NCBI GenBank assembly: GCA_036172245.1
Contig: JAYWIR010000003.1
Coordinates: 5,580,001 to 5,644,000 of the forward strand
From: Raillietiella orientalis
Lineage: Eukaryota
DNA length: 64,000 nt
Direction: 5' to 3'
A program made the position numbers and the translations under genes. Shown here piece after piece: positions 1 through 14,300 of the stretch. The notes beneath the pieces are model-generated. The model was given only the letters and a program-made list of their open reading frames with translations. It searched no databases and was not told the DNA's origin. The first letter of the stretch is position 1, and each line of letters begins with the position of its first letter.

Positions 1-636
1 ATGCAACAGATTATCCTAAATCTCACCGACGCCCGAGCTCTTTCTGGAACCGAAAGGCGATCAGCACACACCCAGAGCGAATCTGGAAGAACGAACGGGA
101 AACCGAGTCCAGTCCAGGAGAAACGCATGGACTGCGAGCACCACGACAAATGGGGAGAGGAGGTGGAGAGATCAGCAGGGGAGGTTGAAGGGTGGCGAAA
201 TAGTCGCTAGCAGCCGGAAGCCTCTTCCCAGTGAACCTGCTTCTTGAGCACAGAAAGGAACTCCAGCTGCGGCACAGACGTTCGGGTTCCTCACCTCATC
301 CTGCTCCCTTCCTCCTCTGCTTCTCTGCCTCTTCCTCCCTTCCTCTTCCTCCTCCATTCATCCTTCTTCATTCCTTTTCATTGTCTCATGAAGCTGCGTT
401 TGGAGGCAAACTGATGTTCCAGGAATGAGCGCAACATCCGTCGTGTGGTGTGGTGGTTCCTGATGTCTCGAGGCGGCTTCCCCTTCGACCCCCGCCAAAT
501 GTCAGGATCCGGAGTTCCAAGCCGTTGCTGAAAGACGAATTTGCTTTTCTTCCTGTTTTCCAAACTCATAGCGGCGCCACAGAGTATGCAATCCCCTGGA
601 AGGCACTCTCGCCTGTAGGAGGCACCGGGAACATGA

Positions 637-660
637 CTGCTGCTGCTGCTGCTGCTGCTG
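637..660. repeat. (CTG)8 microsatellite
   Basis: Read directly from the sequence. Confidence 0.95.
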
Positions 661-3600
661 TGCAGCGGCGACCTTTCAGATCAGTGATGCGGCGCGCTCA
701 AGGAGGAGTCCGCAGGTTCCATCCAAGCAGCTGGAAGAGCAAAAAGAGGCTCTCCTGAATCACAAGCTGCGCGCCCCGGTCGCCCACACGGCGGCGACCC
801 GGCACTTCCGTGAGCTAAAGGAAACCTAGAGGTACGTCCACCTTCCGCTGTTCTGGCCCCAGGTCGCGCCTGTTCGGCGCCTCCTCCGGTACCCTCCTCC
901 TGTTGCGTCCGCCCTATCTCGCTTGGGGGCAACGATCGCAAGCATCCTGGAAGGCGGCCGAGCGTCCCCCTGCTGCTCCGAGGAGTAGGGCCCACCTCCC
1001 TGCTCCTCTTCCTCGGGCACTAGCGGAGACACTGCGCACTTTTGGAAGTCCTCCAGACGACTCTCTTCAGTGATGCTGAGGGATCCGTTCATTTTTCATA
1101 GCCGCGCAAGAGGGGAGTCGGAGGCGCGTGGGGTCAAAGGCAACGGTAGGTCGCAGGTCGCATCTTCTTCGTCCTCCTCCCCTCCCGCTCCGAAGCGCTC
1201 CGCAAAATGGCTCTCGGCAGCGACACGGTAGGCTCGAACGGCTTTTGACCACCTGCCGCAGCATCCAGAAGGGCTGACTAACCAGCAGCTAAGAGTCCAG
1301 AGGAACGCGCACCAAACAGGAGCAGAGGGGCGACCCGGATGTCCTGCATGGACCTACTCCGGAGCCCTCCCCCCCTTCACACCCCTCCGTCCCGTCAGCG
1401 TGTTCGTCGTTCCTTCCGCTTCCGGGTGCGCGCAAGAAAAGCTCGAAGGACGGTCCTGTGGATTCGCGAAGAGTGAGCGCTCGTTACCACGAGAACACCC
1501 TCTTTCCGCACCTTGGCTTGAGAAAGGGAGCTGAGTAGTGTCATGATTGCGGTATCCGCTGGTTCCCGGAGGGAACGAACGGCTTCCTCGCAGGGAGGGA
1601 CCGGACCCCACGGCAGGGTCCGAGTCCGGAAAGAAAACCGGCTCAGGGGTTCTGCGGAGCGTTTACTTCATTGAGAAGAGGAGGACGTGGAAGGAGGGGA
1701 GGAGAGGGGACGAAGATACGAAACGAAAACATTTGCTAGTGGATTCAAAAGCTTCCCTCGCGTCTGTTTCAAGGCGTCCCCAGTGGAAAACCGTCTCACG
1801 CCCTTGAGGTCCCCACAGACAGCACGAGACGCGCGCAGAGTCGTTATTGTCTTCGCAATGAATTGTTCCTCACCCCACCGTCCCCCACCTCACCCTCACA
1901 AGGCATCCTTAGAAAGCGCGCACAAAGAATGCATTTTTCCCGGTACCCCGGTTCAGCAATCCACAGAATGGCGCGTGATGACGTAAAACGGCCCTCTCTT
2001 TCCCTTGTTCCACGTCTCCGATCGGAGAAAAGCGGGGCGCTCTTTTTCTGTTGCCGACCCCGCAAGAGCGATCCATTTCTTCCGAAAAAGCCTCCTCAGT
2101 TTCTCTCCCACGCTCTCTCCGTCTTTCAGCAGGGACGCCAGTTTCTCTCGCGGTGCCGTTTCGGTGCAGCCTCCGTCGGGCGTGAGCCGCCGAGGAGGAG
2201 CAGGCCACTGCTCTCGCTAGTTTCGCGTTGCTTTCAGAGAGGTCGCGCCCAGGGCTCGCGGAGGGCTCCCTAGCAGCAGCGCGGGGTAGCGCGCGATTCG
2301 CTCCAGGAACGCGTGCGCGTGCATCCTCCGCGGTGTCCGTGGCACTGGCGCTCATGCGCTCTCGCTGCTAATAAATCATCGACTCCGTAAACAACTCCGA
2401 ATTCTTTTGTCTGAGTTGGGCTTTTTGGCTGCGAAGAGACTCATGCCTCCAAAAGCCAGCCCCGAAAGGAAAAAGTCTGCGGTGGAAGCGAGCGATTTCA
2501 AGATGGCGGACGAGCTCTGTGCCGCCAAGTCGTTGGGAGTCTGCCCACGTCATCGCGTTGCACCCGGCGAGCCTGCGTGAGAAAGGCTCCTGAGGGGAAA
2601 GCGCGAACTCTTGCTGGAAGCATTGGGCTGCCTGCGCCATTATGATGGCCATTTCATTCTTACGTAGTAGGTCACCGCAGCTCGAAACTCGTTTCTGTTT
2701 AGAAGACATCATCGATGCCGAAGCGGCTGTTATTTCTGGATTGTCACCCCCCGGTTCCGATTCCGTCCCTCCCCCCTCCTCCCCAGCAAGACGGTGGGAC
2801 GCTGCGGTCTCCCGCCGATACTTAAAGAGATCAGGTTTCGGCCGTCGTCCAAGAACACGGAAGAGGATGCGCCCCGCTCTCCATCGTTGCGTTCGTTAAC
2901 AAGCAGGCTACCGAAAGCCGTACAAGAGAGGTGGTCTCTAGGGTGATAAATCAGGAGTTGCCAAGAGGAGTTCCACGCGAAGCTTGGCCGAAGGGGACGG
3001 ACGCTGGGAAAGGAGGGGAGGAGAAATCGGGAGCGCTGTCGGCGCTCCTGCAGTCTGCATGTGGCTCTCCCGGACGAATCTGCGGAGATGCACCTCCGAA
3101 ACCCGAAGATGCCCCAGGGGGCTCTCGGCGGGGAAAGGAAATCTCCCTGCTCGCGCGGCCGGACGAGCAAAGCCGCGCGAAAATCCCGTCCCCCTCGCGG
3201 GTCGGGTCGACCTGGTCCCACGGGGGGAAACGGGTAAACCAGAAGAGGGAGACGCCCGCTCTCCGCATCGGGACGCTCTCGGGGCGAAGGGGAAAAACGG
3301 GAGTAGAATGTTCGAGGTCGCCATCTCGAAATTCGCCCCTCTGAGGCGCTCGTCTCGCGTGCGCCGAACGCGACGGCTGCCCCAGCCGAAAATGGGGGGC
3401 CTCCGAAAGGGGAGGCACGGCGACGAAGCTCTCCCTCTACCCGACGAATCATCCCGAGGGAGAGGCGGCGGGGGCGACTACCGGGAGTGCCGCGGGCGAC
3501 GGCGAATCTCCTCACGCTCCGGCGGTCCTGCGGATGCAGCGGGAGCTGCGCACGCGCCTCCGTAACGCATCGTCGTTCCCGGAGGACCCACCCACGGTCG

Positions 3601-6489
3601 AGGGGGAAAGAGGGAGGAGGACGGGATGGATGGAACGCGGCCGTCGAGCGCGCCGGTCGGATGGGAGTCCGCGGGTGGCGATCTCGGATGCGCCTGCAAC
3701 TTGGCGGCGCCGTGGAGCGGCAGGCGGCATCTGCGGAACGGTGCGTGGATGGGAGGAGGAGGGAGAGGGAAATGCGCCTCCGTCAGCACGCTGCTTTTCC
3801 GCCTGCTCCTCGCGCCAGCCGAAGGTCGCTTAACCCGTCGGTAAGCGAGTGACCCAAGGGAGGCTCCTGTGAGAAACGAATCAGCAAATCCGGAAGGCGG
3901 GGAAACAGCTGATCCTGCCGCAGTGGAGGAATAAAAGAGGAAGGGGGGGGATCAATTGGATGCTGGATGCTGTCCCCAGAGCTGATAGAGCTCCTCGCGA
4001 GCGACGAGTGGCGGTAGCACGGTGGCGGCGACTGGTGGGGTCTCGGAGACCCTTGTGGCTGCCGACCGCTTCGGCACTCATTCAGAGCTGTGCCCCCCCC
4101 CCCCGTCCCTCCTCAGTCGTTCCAGCTGGCTTGTACTGCCGCCACGCGGGGTCGCGCGCGCGCGCATTTCCCCGTAGGGCATCCGCCGCCGGATTACGAG
4201 CGCAAGCGCGGGCGCAAACGGCGTGCACCTCCCGACCTCTGGACCGACACACCTACTCGAGCGTGAAGAGCTCACCCAGTGCCCCTCCGGAACGGGACCT
4301 GGGCAACGACTCCTCTCGGCAGCGGCGCAACCGTCCAGCAACTCTCCCGCCGCCATAACGGCCGCCCTCTGCGGACCGCACCTCAGGAAAAAGCGGCTGA
4401 CCGCAATCGCTCCGTCCCGGCGCCCACCTGAGGGTTGCGGAAATCGCCGTTCTTTCCTTCTTTTTTTTCCTGCTGCCCTTCTTGATTCCTCTTCTTTTCC
4501 TTCCCGCGTTAGAGGAGCGGCCTGGATGAAAGCGCGCAGACGCCGTGCCTCCTCCCTCTCTCCCTCAGGAGAGGCCAGGTCCGAGGGAACCGAAGAGATT
4601 GGAGGGAGAAATGGCCGATCTCAACTGTTTCGCTGCCCGGGTGCACGAGAGAGGAGACCCGAGAGATGAGGGCGGAGTTAAGCAGCCGCTGCTCCAAGAG
4701 CTCGAAGCTCTTCTTCCTCCTTTCCCGGGCGACAGGGTGGTCAAAGGAGAATGCTCCCGCCTTCTCCCTGTAGGGACTCACTTTTTTACCAAAAGGACGG
4801 GTTTCCCTCATGAGGAAGAAAGAGAGGTGCTTCCTGGTATTATCGACCAAATTCCTGTTTCGAAAATTGCTGCCAACTCTGGACAGTCTAGGACAGGGAG
4901 AGGCTCAGGGCGTGGGCTAATCTGAGACAACCCCAGGCGCCATCGGAACCGAAGACGCCAGGAGGTGGGCAAGGGAGCGGCAAAGACGGCTCTCTGGAAG
5001 CCACCGGAAGCTTTCCAGCCTCCACTTTCCAGACCAGAGTCCCTGCTGCGACGCCGGGTCGGAGGCGACGGCTCCTGCCAATCCGGCACAGGGCAGCGGC
5101 AGGCAGGCAACTCGACTGCGCGCCGCCGCTTTCGCGGGGGACCGCCGACGCGTCCACGCCCTGATTCAGATGTCGGCTTCACGCGCCGGTCTCCCCGGTG
5201 GTACGGAGCTCTCGATCTATGTTTGTAGGATGGCATTCTGATCCACCCTCCAAGCAAAAACACACACGCGCGCGCGCGCGGGGGGGCACTCCTAGAAACA
5301 CTTGCCTGCTTGCAAAGAGGTGCAGAAGTTGCCGCGAGCGACCGTCGCCTCTCTCCGACTCCAAAGATAAACTGGGTCACGTGTCCCCCCCCCCCTTTTT
5401 CATTCTCCCGAAACACGCACTGTTGCTAAGAGAGAAAGATGGGGCAAGATTTCTTCGTTCAGCCTGCGTTCTACTTGCTCCGTCAGCATGCGTCCCTAAA
5501 AAGAGCAGGATCGTTTCCTCGGTTTCCATGGTGTGGGGCAGTTCCCTCGAACTCAGAGCCAGGCAGCAGCTGCTCCCCAATTCTTTGGGAGGCTCCCTCC
5601 CTCCCCACTGGATGCCTCATCCTCAGAATCCCACCACCATCCCTCTGAAATGAGACTCCTCCGTGGCTGCTCGATCCGCCGTGAGCAGAGTCATGCGCTG
5701 CAGATCTCCTAAATCTCCCCGAAGCTGCGTTTTCGATAAGGTGATTTTAAGATGGCGAAAGATCTTGCGGAAAAGCTCGGAAGCTTTCAGATTCCTAGAG
5801 GTGCTGTGAATCTTCTTCGTGCCTGCTTTCGAGGTTTCTAAGGAAAAGCGCAGATCACTTAAAGGAGGTCGGCCCAAGGACGCGGGTTTCTCGGGTGGCA
5901 GGAAGTCCCGTTGTAACCGGGAGCTGGAAGCAACGACCGAGTCCACCTCTTTCTTGAAACCTCACGTGGTTTGCTCCTGGGCGGACATCAGGCACGGATG
6001 GGAGAGACGGAGCAAACGGGATACAGAGGGTGCTTCCAAGACGGAAGAAGGCACAGGAGATTCCGCAGCCCCCGTGTCAAGCGACTTCCATGGGAAAAAC
6101 CTTCTTCCCAGATGGCCAGACTGGAGACCCGACTCCCATAAATTTCATCTTCAGCGGGAGAAGGGAGGTCGTCGGAAACCCTCATTCATGCATGAAAGAG
6201 AAAATCGGAAAAGCAACTGCTGGACTGCAGCTGCGGTCACGTAGTGGAAGGGGCTGACCGTGTGGTGTTCCGGAAGCCCTTGCGACTTCCCGTTCAGGAC
6301 GTGCTTTCGTTGTCATCATCTTCCCTGCTGATCCGGAGGCGAGCACCTTCCTTCCTCTTACAAGACGTTTGCAAAGAGTCTCAGCACCGGAGGGGGGCTG
6401 CCGAGCATTTTCCTCCGCTGGTCCTGGTGGGGTGTCCAATAACCATCGAGAATGCTCTACACGAAGAACGGAGGAAGAACCCGCTTCGG

Positions 6490-6680
6490 AAAATGAACTT
6501 CCTGTGTGGTGGTCCTCGCCTCGACATGCGTTAGGCTCGAGGAATTTTTTGAGGACACGACTCTGAAACGCAGCGGAGGAGGCAAGGGAGTGTCTTTTTA
6601 CAGATGTTGAAGGCATTAGTCCGAAACGGTGGCAGACGGAACACACACGTAAAACAGATATGTGTGCCAGCGATGGACCT
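6490..6680 (-). mobile_element. Decayed non-LTR retrotransposon ORF1 (gag-like) zinc-knuckle cluster
   Basis: Across frames reads CSVCHRFG..., CKKTLPCLLRC...CP and NACRGEDHHTGSS, resembling the three consecutive CCHC knuckles of LINE ORF1 proteins. Frameshifted. Confidence 0.5.
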
Positions 6681-7129
6681 CTGGCAGATTTGTTTCTTTG
6701 TTTTGTTTTGTTTTTTGCGACCTCGTGCTAAAAGCCGCGAGTGCAATCGTAATTGAGGAGAGAAACGGAGCACTACTAGAGAAGGCCTGAATTCCGGAAG
6801 AACGCTCAAAAAATAACAAGAGAAGGGAACAATCCTCTTACTTATCTTTAACATAATTCTACTGCACTGCACGCCCAGATGGATTGGCACTGCACGCCCA
6901 GAACAGGTCCGCTACTGCTGAAGACTTGCAAATTTTCTGAGGGTTACTCCAAGTCTCGTCGTTTTCTGGCGAGGCGGCACGGGACGACGGCTCCTCTTAC
7001 CGGAGACGTCATCCAGCTCACTCATCGCTTCGAGAAAACAAAGTAAACCCAGCCCTTCAATCCTTTACTGAAAAGCTTCTTCCTTTTTTATCTCTGTATT
7101 TTCAAAAAAAAAAAAAAAAAAAATCCTGA

Positions 7130-8000
7130 TTACATCCGGTATGGTGCCTGATTTGAAAATTTCTTTGAAGGATTCTGGACAAGTTTTGATTCAACCTTCT
7201 GTACCAGCTTCGGCGGTACGTGTACGAAAACAATTGAAAGACTTGTCGGATAAACCCAGCATGAATTATGATGAGGTCAATTAACTTCATGAGCTCACAG
7301 TGAGGAGCTCATTTCCGCTCCACAAGCTTTGCTTTCTCCATTGTAACCATTCCGTGCTGCCACACCACTAGTGTGGGTTTGTCCCTAGTTGTACGTTTAC
7401 GTTTTCCTCAGAGTCGTAACATCTCCCACGACAGCTCTTCAATTGGCCGTGTATTCTGTTACCATTATGTCCGCTAGATGACCCTGTCCACACCACTCTC
7501 CCTTTCAGCCTCACATTTTCTTTTTTCTGATTGAAATTCCCACTCTGGCAGTGAGATGCACACCATCTTCTGAGTGACTTCAACCATCGCCCCGCTCGAA
7601 AGACCTCAAGCATTAAGGAATGACATTCCCTGTTATTCCTAACTCGGTTTTTCACGGGAGCTATTGTGACTATTGGGAGACTCATCTTGGTTCTCGAGCC
7701 ACGACGAACTGCCAGCATGCTCCTGACAGGGTGGCAAGATAGTGGTAGCCTTGGAGAACCCCGCTAAGATGCACTAAAACTGAACAAAATGGAAGAGCAC
7801 GATCTGCTGACCGTCAGGTGGTCGCGTTCCCGGAGAGTACAGGCTCCGAGGGAGTTCACTGCTCCTCCACCATAGGAGGTGCTGCCGACCGCATCCACTC
7901 AAGTTTCCCTCCCAGATCTGTGTTTGCCTCAGTTTTATCCAGCTGTTCCTGAGAAAACTGCCTCCCAAGGGCTGCTCCTTCGACATATCGCTGTCTCCCT
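7130..8000 (+). mobile_element. Decayed Ty3/gypsy reverse transcriptase
   Basis: Motif remnants in the expected order: LKISLKD..QP..PASAVRVRKQLKDL, CYHYV/PLDD..F..FP, ALKLNK, RVQAPREFTAP..EVL. Many stops and frameshifts. Confidence 0.5.
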
Positions 8001-8399
8001 CGTGTGCGCAAGAGCTGAGCAAGAATTTCCTGATTTCTCTGAAAACGAAAAAGGTGCACGACATGGGAGCGGAGATCTACAGAACGAACAAAAGTTGGCT
8101 CCACGGTTTTCCGACCCTTAAGAACTAACGAGGGACTCAGAGAACGGAGTGCCCAAAGGGCGAGAACCCCGCGCCCCCCAGGCACAAAACAGGAAGAGGA
8201 CAGCGTGCGTTGGCATTCAGCATGGCCGAGGAGATTCACCAGGGACACATCTTGGACCACCGGAAAAGCTGGGATGTCGGCGTGCTTTTAACAAAACGAA
8301 AAGATTGAGTGATGATTCCCCCCCTCCCACACCTTCATCGCACCATCCCCATCGGAGACAGCCACTGTAGCTACTAAAATTGCACGAAATATCACCTCC

Positions 8400-11300
8400 C
8401 ATGCGCCATACCTCACCCCCCCCCCACCACCACCTCCAGTGGTCATCAGCATGAGGCGCACTTTCCAAAAATTCGCAGGCAAATTCCTTGCAGTTCCGGC
8501 TGCCGAGCCTCTCGTGAACCCTACCTCTACACGCACTGGAGGCTGATACAGCTTCACACACAGGAAGGAAAAAGCTAGTAAACAGAGAGAAGCTTCTGGA
8601 AAGAAGGTTCCTTTTTTCTCCCGAAGCCTCCGCGTCTGTGTTTCATCGGGCACTCGTAGATGGCGCGCGTCCGATCGGTTCCGCACCAGGAACGAAATGA
8701 AACGCTCTCGCAGTTTCCTCCGCATCCCTTTCGGCGACCCAGCCAGCGATGATCCCCCTACGTGCCGGCCTCCACAGGACACAAGGCGTTCACTCACCTC
8801 ACGGAAGAGACCGCTGGAACCTTCCCCAGCCCCCCCTACGCTGCGCTCCCCATCAATTACGCGACAGAGACAGGTAAGCGGCGTTGCGACGGAATTAGCG
8901 GACAACGGCGATGGAAGGTGATTGGGGCTGGTCCGTTTTTTTCCCGCGGCGATTCAGCGTCGCACGCAGAAGCCGCCATGCGTCGCCCTCGTCAGGACGC
9001 CGTCGCCACGGTTGCGAGTGAAAGCTCCGTCCGCATCCTGCGCTTCCGTCCAGGACGCTTCCAACGCAGGCGGAGCCGATAGGGGCGCCTTTCCACTGGC
9101 GTGTGCGAAATGGGCCTCGCCGGAAAAGGGAGAAGCCCATTCTTTCTCCTCCTCCACATGCAGCGAATGTGCCAGGGACCACCACCATGGAGGGGTTCAA
9201 GTCAGCTCTTGGAGACAAACCAGCCAGCGGGCCGCGTTACCCCGGACTGTCCGAAGGCACGCGAGAGGAGGGTCGACGTGACGCCCTGGCGGTCACTCGC
9301 CGGTCGGACAGCAATCCTAGCTGGTCCCTTACCTTCGACCCTGGAAGGAAAAAAAAAACCCACCCAAAGCATTCCGGAGGCCGCATCACGGAGGGCTCGA
9401 GGAACTCCCCGGTGTCCTTGTCCCTTCGCTGGCCAGCCAGCAAGGCTCGACGAAGTTCCCTGGCGAAGAGCCGAAGGCAACAACAGCAACACACACAACA
9501 AAGCAAAACGCCGAGTGGGTTTTTATTCTTCGTGCAAGCAGAAGCACGTGGTGCTGCTCCAGAGCACACGAACTGGAACGTGGGCGCTGTCCGGCGTATG
9601 CGTGGGCACACACCCGAAAGACTAGAACACGGGGAGAGCAGGGAACGCACGCGACGCTTCCGGAGAGCCAGTCCGTGTACGGGCAGCAGGGAAGCTGTCT
9701 CCGCAAGACGAAGCGTGGACCACATGAGGATGGTGGCAGCACGGAGTCCGCGTTGCTGACGCGATTCCTCTCGGATCTCTGAAATGGTCCCAGTAAAGAA
9801 AAAAACAAAAAAAAGGGAGGGGTTGAGCCAAACGGAGCCGAAAGCAACCATCAGCCGCGGGTCACGGGAGATAGGCGAAAGGTCAGGAGGAGACTCGCGC
9901 GCTCCGTCCCTGAGAGGGAGGGAGGGAAGAAGCAAACAAACAAAAATGCCGCGGAGCTGGAAGGTGAGCCGGGAAGCCACTCGCCGGATCTCGGGAGCGG
10001 CGCGACCAAACTCCGGGAAAACCGGAAGGTCAGCCACCGTCGGGTCTGGAAATTTCCTCCTCTCCCCATCGTTTCCGCTTCCTACCGTTCGCGCGGGCCG
10101 CCTCTTCCTCTTGGAGGCAGTAGGGAGGGAAGGAGTCAGGTGCTGCCCAACTACGCCGGCTAGGGGCTGGAAAGCAGGAGGCTCCCGACAGAAATGCCGG
10201 AGGAATCCAGAGCGTAGCGCTCCTGGGGCGCCCTCCTTCCTTCCCAACAGGTCACAGGTCGGCGGAGCTACCGCAAGGCCTACCGGCCTTCCGAAACCGC
10301 GAGAGGTCTGTCGCCGACTCAGCGCGTGCTCCGGGAGGGAATGGAGAGCGTAGGGTAGGGGAAGGAACAAACGGGAGGGCAGCGGCTCTCTCGCGGGGAT
10401 CGCGTGCCGCCGCGGGGTGAGGGAACCACGGCTCGTGCTTGCGCCTGCAGTCTCGCCCACTTCCTGCTTCCCGTGGAAAAGCAGACGACCTAGAGGCGTC
10501 CGCAGCAGCGCCGCAGGCAGACCGACGAGAAACGCCGCCAGCGCCCATGCAGACCAAGGTGGGGAGACCCGCGGAGGCACCTGTCCGCGGCACGAAGAGG
10601 ACGCGGGCGCTCGCGTCGGCGCGGGAAGACGGGCGGACGCCCCACTCCTCCCTCACGGCGTGGGGCAAGAAAGCCGGAACGCGCGGAGCCAGAAGCAGCG
10701 GCACAGCCCCTCCTCCTCCTGGCAGCGGGAGGGAGAACCCCTCCCCGCTCGGTCGCAGCAGCCGACTCAATTCCGTCCCTTCCCCCAGCAGGAGCAGGAG
10801 GGGGAGAAAAAGCTGCCGCCCTGCTTTCGGCGGCAGCCAGGGACGCGCGCCCTCTCGCGCTGCTGGGGTCCGCAGTCCTCGAGGGCGGACGTACGCGAAG
10901 CGACCCCTCCGGCGGTTTCCCCGGTGAAGGCGGCGCGCAGCGAGAGCGTTCCCGGCCTCGCCTCGTCCCTGCGACTACAACACCGGCGGCTGACGGAAGA
11001 GAAAAGCAGCGGCGGGAGAAAAGCTCAGCATCCGAGCGAGGCAGCGCCTTTTTTTCTGGCTCAATTTGATTGGACGACGCGGATGCCCTTAAAAAAAAAA
11101 AAAAAAAAAAGGAAAGAAAGAAAAACTGCTGACGTGAGTTTGGCGAGAGCCCGAGCGCGCCACTACGGTCGCGGCGGGCGGCGGGCACGCGAACCTCGCC
11201 AACACGCGCGCATACACGAGGCTGGCACGAGACTGCCGCACCAACGAACAAAAAAGAAGACGAAAAGCATCGCGGGGCACCGGGGCGACAACGCCCTTCG

Positions 11301-14300
11301 CACAGGCACGGAGGAGGGCATTCGAGGAGCCGTCCTGAGCTTTGCGCCTCCCTCACGAGAAGGCGCGCGCACCTCCCGGCCTACATTCACGCACAGCCGC
11401 CTCCAGATGCTTTCTCCCTCCCTCTCTCGGCTTCTAAATTTGGACCAGCCGCCGCCTTTCCAGATGATCTTCCCGCCGACGAGAAAGGAGAGGAAAATCC
11501 GAGAGATGTCGCGACGCGCGCGGACAACCCGCCGGTCTCTCTGCAGCCGGCGGGCAGCTGTCGCGCCCGTCGAGGGCCCGACTTTCCCCTCCCGCTGCCA
11601 AAGACCGCGCTGCCAGCTCCCGCAAATAAAACGGACACTCCAGGAGGTGAAGGAAGAGACCGCGGTGCCGGCCGGCGACCCAGCCACACCCCTTCTGAAA
11701 GGACCGCGCACGCGCCAACGCGACCCCCGGGCGTCGGGTTCATCCGCTTTCCGCCGTGGATCCCCCCTTCCTGCCCTTTCCCTCCCGGAGAACGAGAGGA
11801 CTTGCGCGAACCGTCCTCTCCTGGGCCGCGCGCTAAGGGGAGCTCCCGTCTGGGCCGGGCGGGAAGAGGAACCGGCTTGCGCGCCGGAAGGCGGGACGAC
11901 CTCTACTGCCAGCGCCGACGCGGAGGGCGCCTGTCTTGAGGACAAAATCACCCCATGAAAACGGGGGAGGGGGCGCAAGGGGAAAGCGCACGAGCACAGC
12001 CACCAACCGCACGGGACGCGGGACCACGGAGCGCTCGCGCACGTCCGGAGGGCCTGCGACCCCGCGGTGCCCCCGAAGGTCGCCACGGAAACGTGGATGA
12101 GCGAGGAAACCTTGCGCGAGGGGGCGTTGCGCAAGCGCCGCAGCTCGGCGTGCGGGCGGTGGAAGGGCGTTCCCCCACGTCCCTCTCTCCGCAGCGGCGG
12201 CGAGGCTGGGCGACTCGCCCGCGGGTGCTCCGCGCGACGGCCTCGAGGTCTCACAGATGGGAAGAAGGGGGGGAAAGGTGCGGCCGAGACCTCGGCAGAG
12301 CGCAGGTGTCGTCACCGCCGAGGATCGGCGGGCGCGCAGCCGGAAGCCGCGCGCCTCCATCGGGTAAACGGGGAGGGGCCCTCTGTTTTCACCATCACTG
12401 GCTCGCGCGTGCCCTGGAGCCGACCTCTCATCGCGGATGAAGGGAGCACCAGCGATGCCATGCGGGCGCACCGCTGGGCGAAGGAAAGGTAGCAGCTCAG
12501 AGGAGGACCACGAGGCGAGCCGCCTGTCGGCATGCGCAGGGAAGCAACGGCAGTCTCTCTCACGGCCTACGCGGGAAAGGGGGAGGGGGAGCCCCATTCT
12601 ACTTCCCCCTCCCCTCTTTCCCACGGGACGGTGGAGACACTGACGGGCCCGGCAAGCCGCGGTCTGACGGCGAGCCGACCGACCGGGACGCAGCTGCGAT
12701 TGCCCGAGGCAGGGAAACGGCGCAGCATCCCCTGTGGACCGGAAAACGCAGACAAAAGGACTGGGCGATCCTACCCTGCTGGGTCACGGGGAGCGCCCGC
12801 CAGGGTTCCCCTCGTCTACCTAGCGCCGCGGGACTCGATCGACCCTTTCGCTGCCTCCGGGGCGCGCCAGACTGACCAGCAGCCCGGAGGGGGTAAGAAA
12901 GGGAAAGAGGGAGAAAGAGAGGTGGAAGAGGAGCACAGCCCCCAGTGCAGACAGGCCGCATCAGGAACCCACTGCCTGCATACCCAGGTGCTCGCCCAGG
13001 AACGTGGGGCCCACCGGCGGGCGCAGCGACGCACGCGGCAACCGATTGCCTCCCCTCCCCCGCGTGCTGGAGCCCCGAATCATCCGCGTGCGTCCTCGGA
13101 ACGAGCGGGCAAGGGAGAGGAGCCCGCAGGGCACGGCCCACTCACACGGGGAGGCGGAAGTGCAGCATCCCACCGACCGAGGCGCGGCGGTCGGCCGCCG
13201 GCGAGGGCGTCCCTCGGGCACCGCCGCACCCGGAGAAGCGCGCGAGTCGGACTTCCTCGGAGCGAAGGGATATCGGAGCGCCCCATCCTCTGAGAGGCAG
13301 AGTCTGTCCACGGGGCGTAAGGGAGAGAGGAAGGAAGGAGCACTCGGCTTCTGCCCCTCTCCCAGCGAGTGCTGCAAAGGAGCAGCTTCCAGATCTGGGA
13401 AAGAGGAGTAGCGCAAGGAGCGGAGAGGGACGAGAGGGATGGTCCACCCTCCTCGGACGGCAGATGCTGCGAGTGCCAAGGCTGCCGCCGCCGGAGGTCT
13501 CGGGCTCGGAAGTTTCCTCTGGCGAGGAGGGACTGCCCCCCCTCTCACCTGGCTTCACGACTGGACCAGGAAAGGGACGAAGTTCTCGTAGCCGCCCTTG
13601 CTCATCATGTGGTCCTGGAGGGCCACCAGCTGGCTGCTGCCCAGGCAGGCGTCCGCCGAGCCGATGTGGATGGTGTGCTGGAAGTTGGTCGGCTTCCCGA
13701 TCATGGCCGGGCTGATGCGCCGACGTTTCTGCAACACGGGAGAAGCGAAGGTCAGTGAGGAGACGGCAGGGCATGCTCGAACGGCATTTCTGGATCCGCG
13801 AGCGCGATGGAAAAGAGAAGAGGAGGATCAAGAAGTGGAGGAAGAGGAAGGAATGGTGCCGCCTCCCGTTCCTTTCCTCCTCCCAACGCATGTTTGTGCG
13901 CGCATCCTTTCGCCCCTTTTTTGGAGGTAGCTGGACCACCAGAGAGCGATCCTATGAAGGGGAGAGGGAGGTCATCAGCCGGGAGCGCACCCCGGGTTCC
14001 GCGGGGAGGAGGAGCTCCATGTTTCCTAAAGGAGGAGGAGACCGGACGTCCTCAGGTGAGCGCACCCGCATCCGGCTGCTGCAGACTTTCTGCGCGTTCC
14101 GAGAGCGGGCGTGGGCACAGAGGAGACGTCGCGCTCCGAGAGAGCCCGGCTGACATGATTCCTCCCCCCAATATGTCCCCATCAGGAAGGGCAGCAGGGG
14201 ACCGATCCGCGTTCATATGGAGCGGTTGAACCGGGCCCGCGAGAGCGCTCCGAGCGGACCTGCCGCATGCATCGGCCCCCCTGGCGGACGACGTTTTCCT

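Noticed and set aside
2368..2712. 114-aa ORF, possible hAT dimerisation remnant, or LINE ORF1 start (MPPK...)
   Set aside because: Competing weak interpretations on opposite strands; none has enough motif support.
9237..12624. Long ORFs (447, 513, 363, 288, 263 aa) in the GC-rich block
   Set aside because: They overlap on both strands, are Arg/Gly/Pro/Ala-rich, run through homopolymer tracts and show no domain. Expected from GC content alone.
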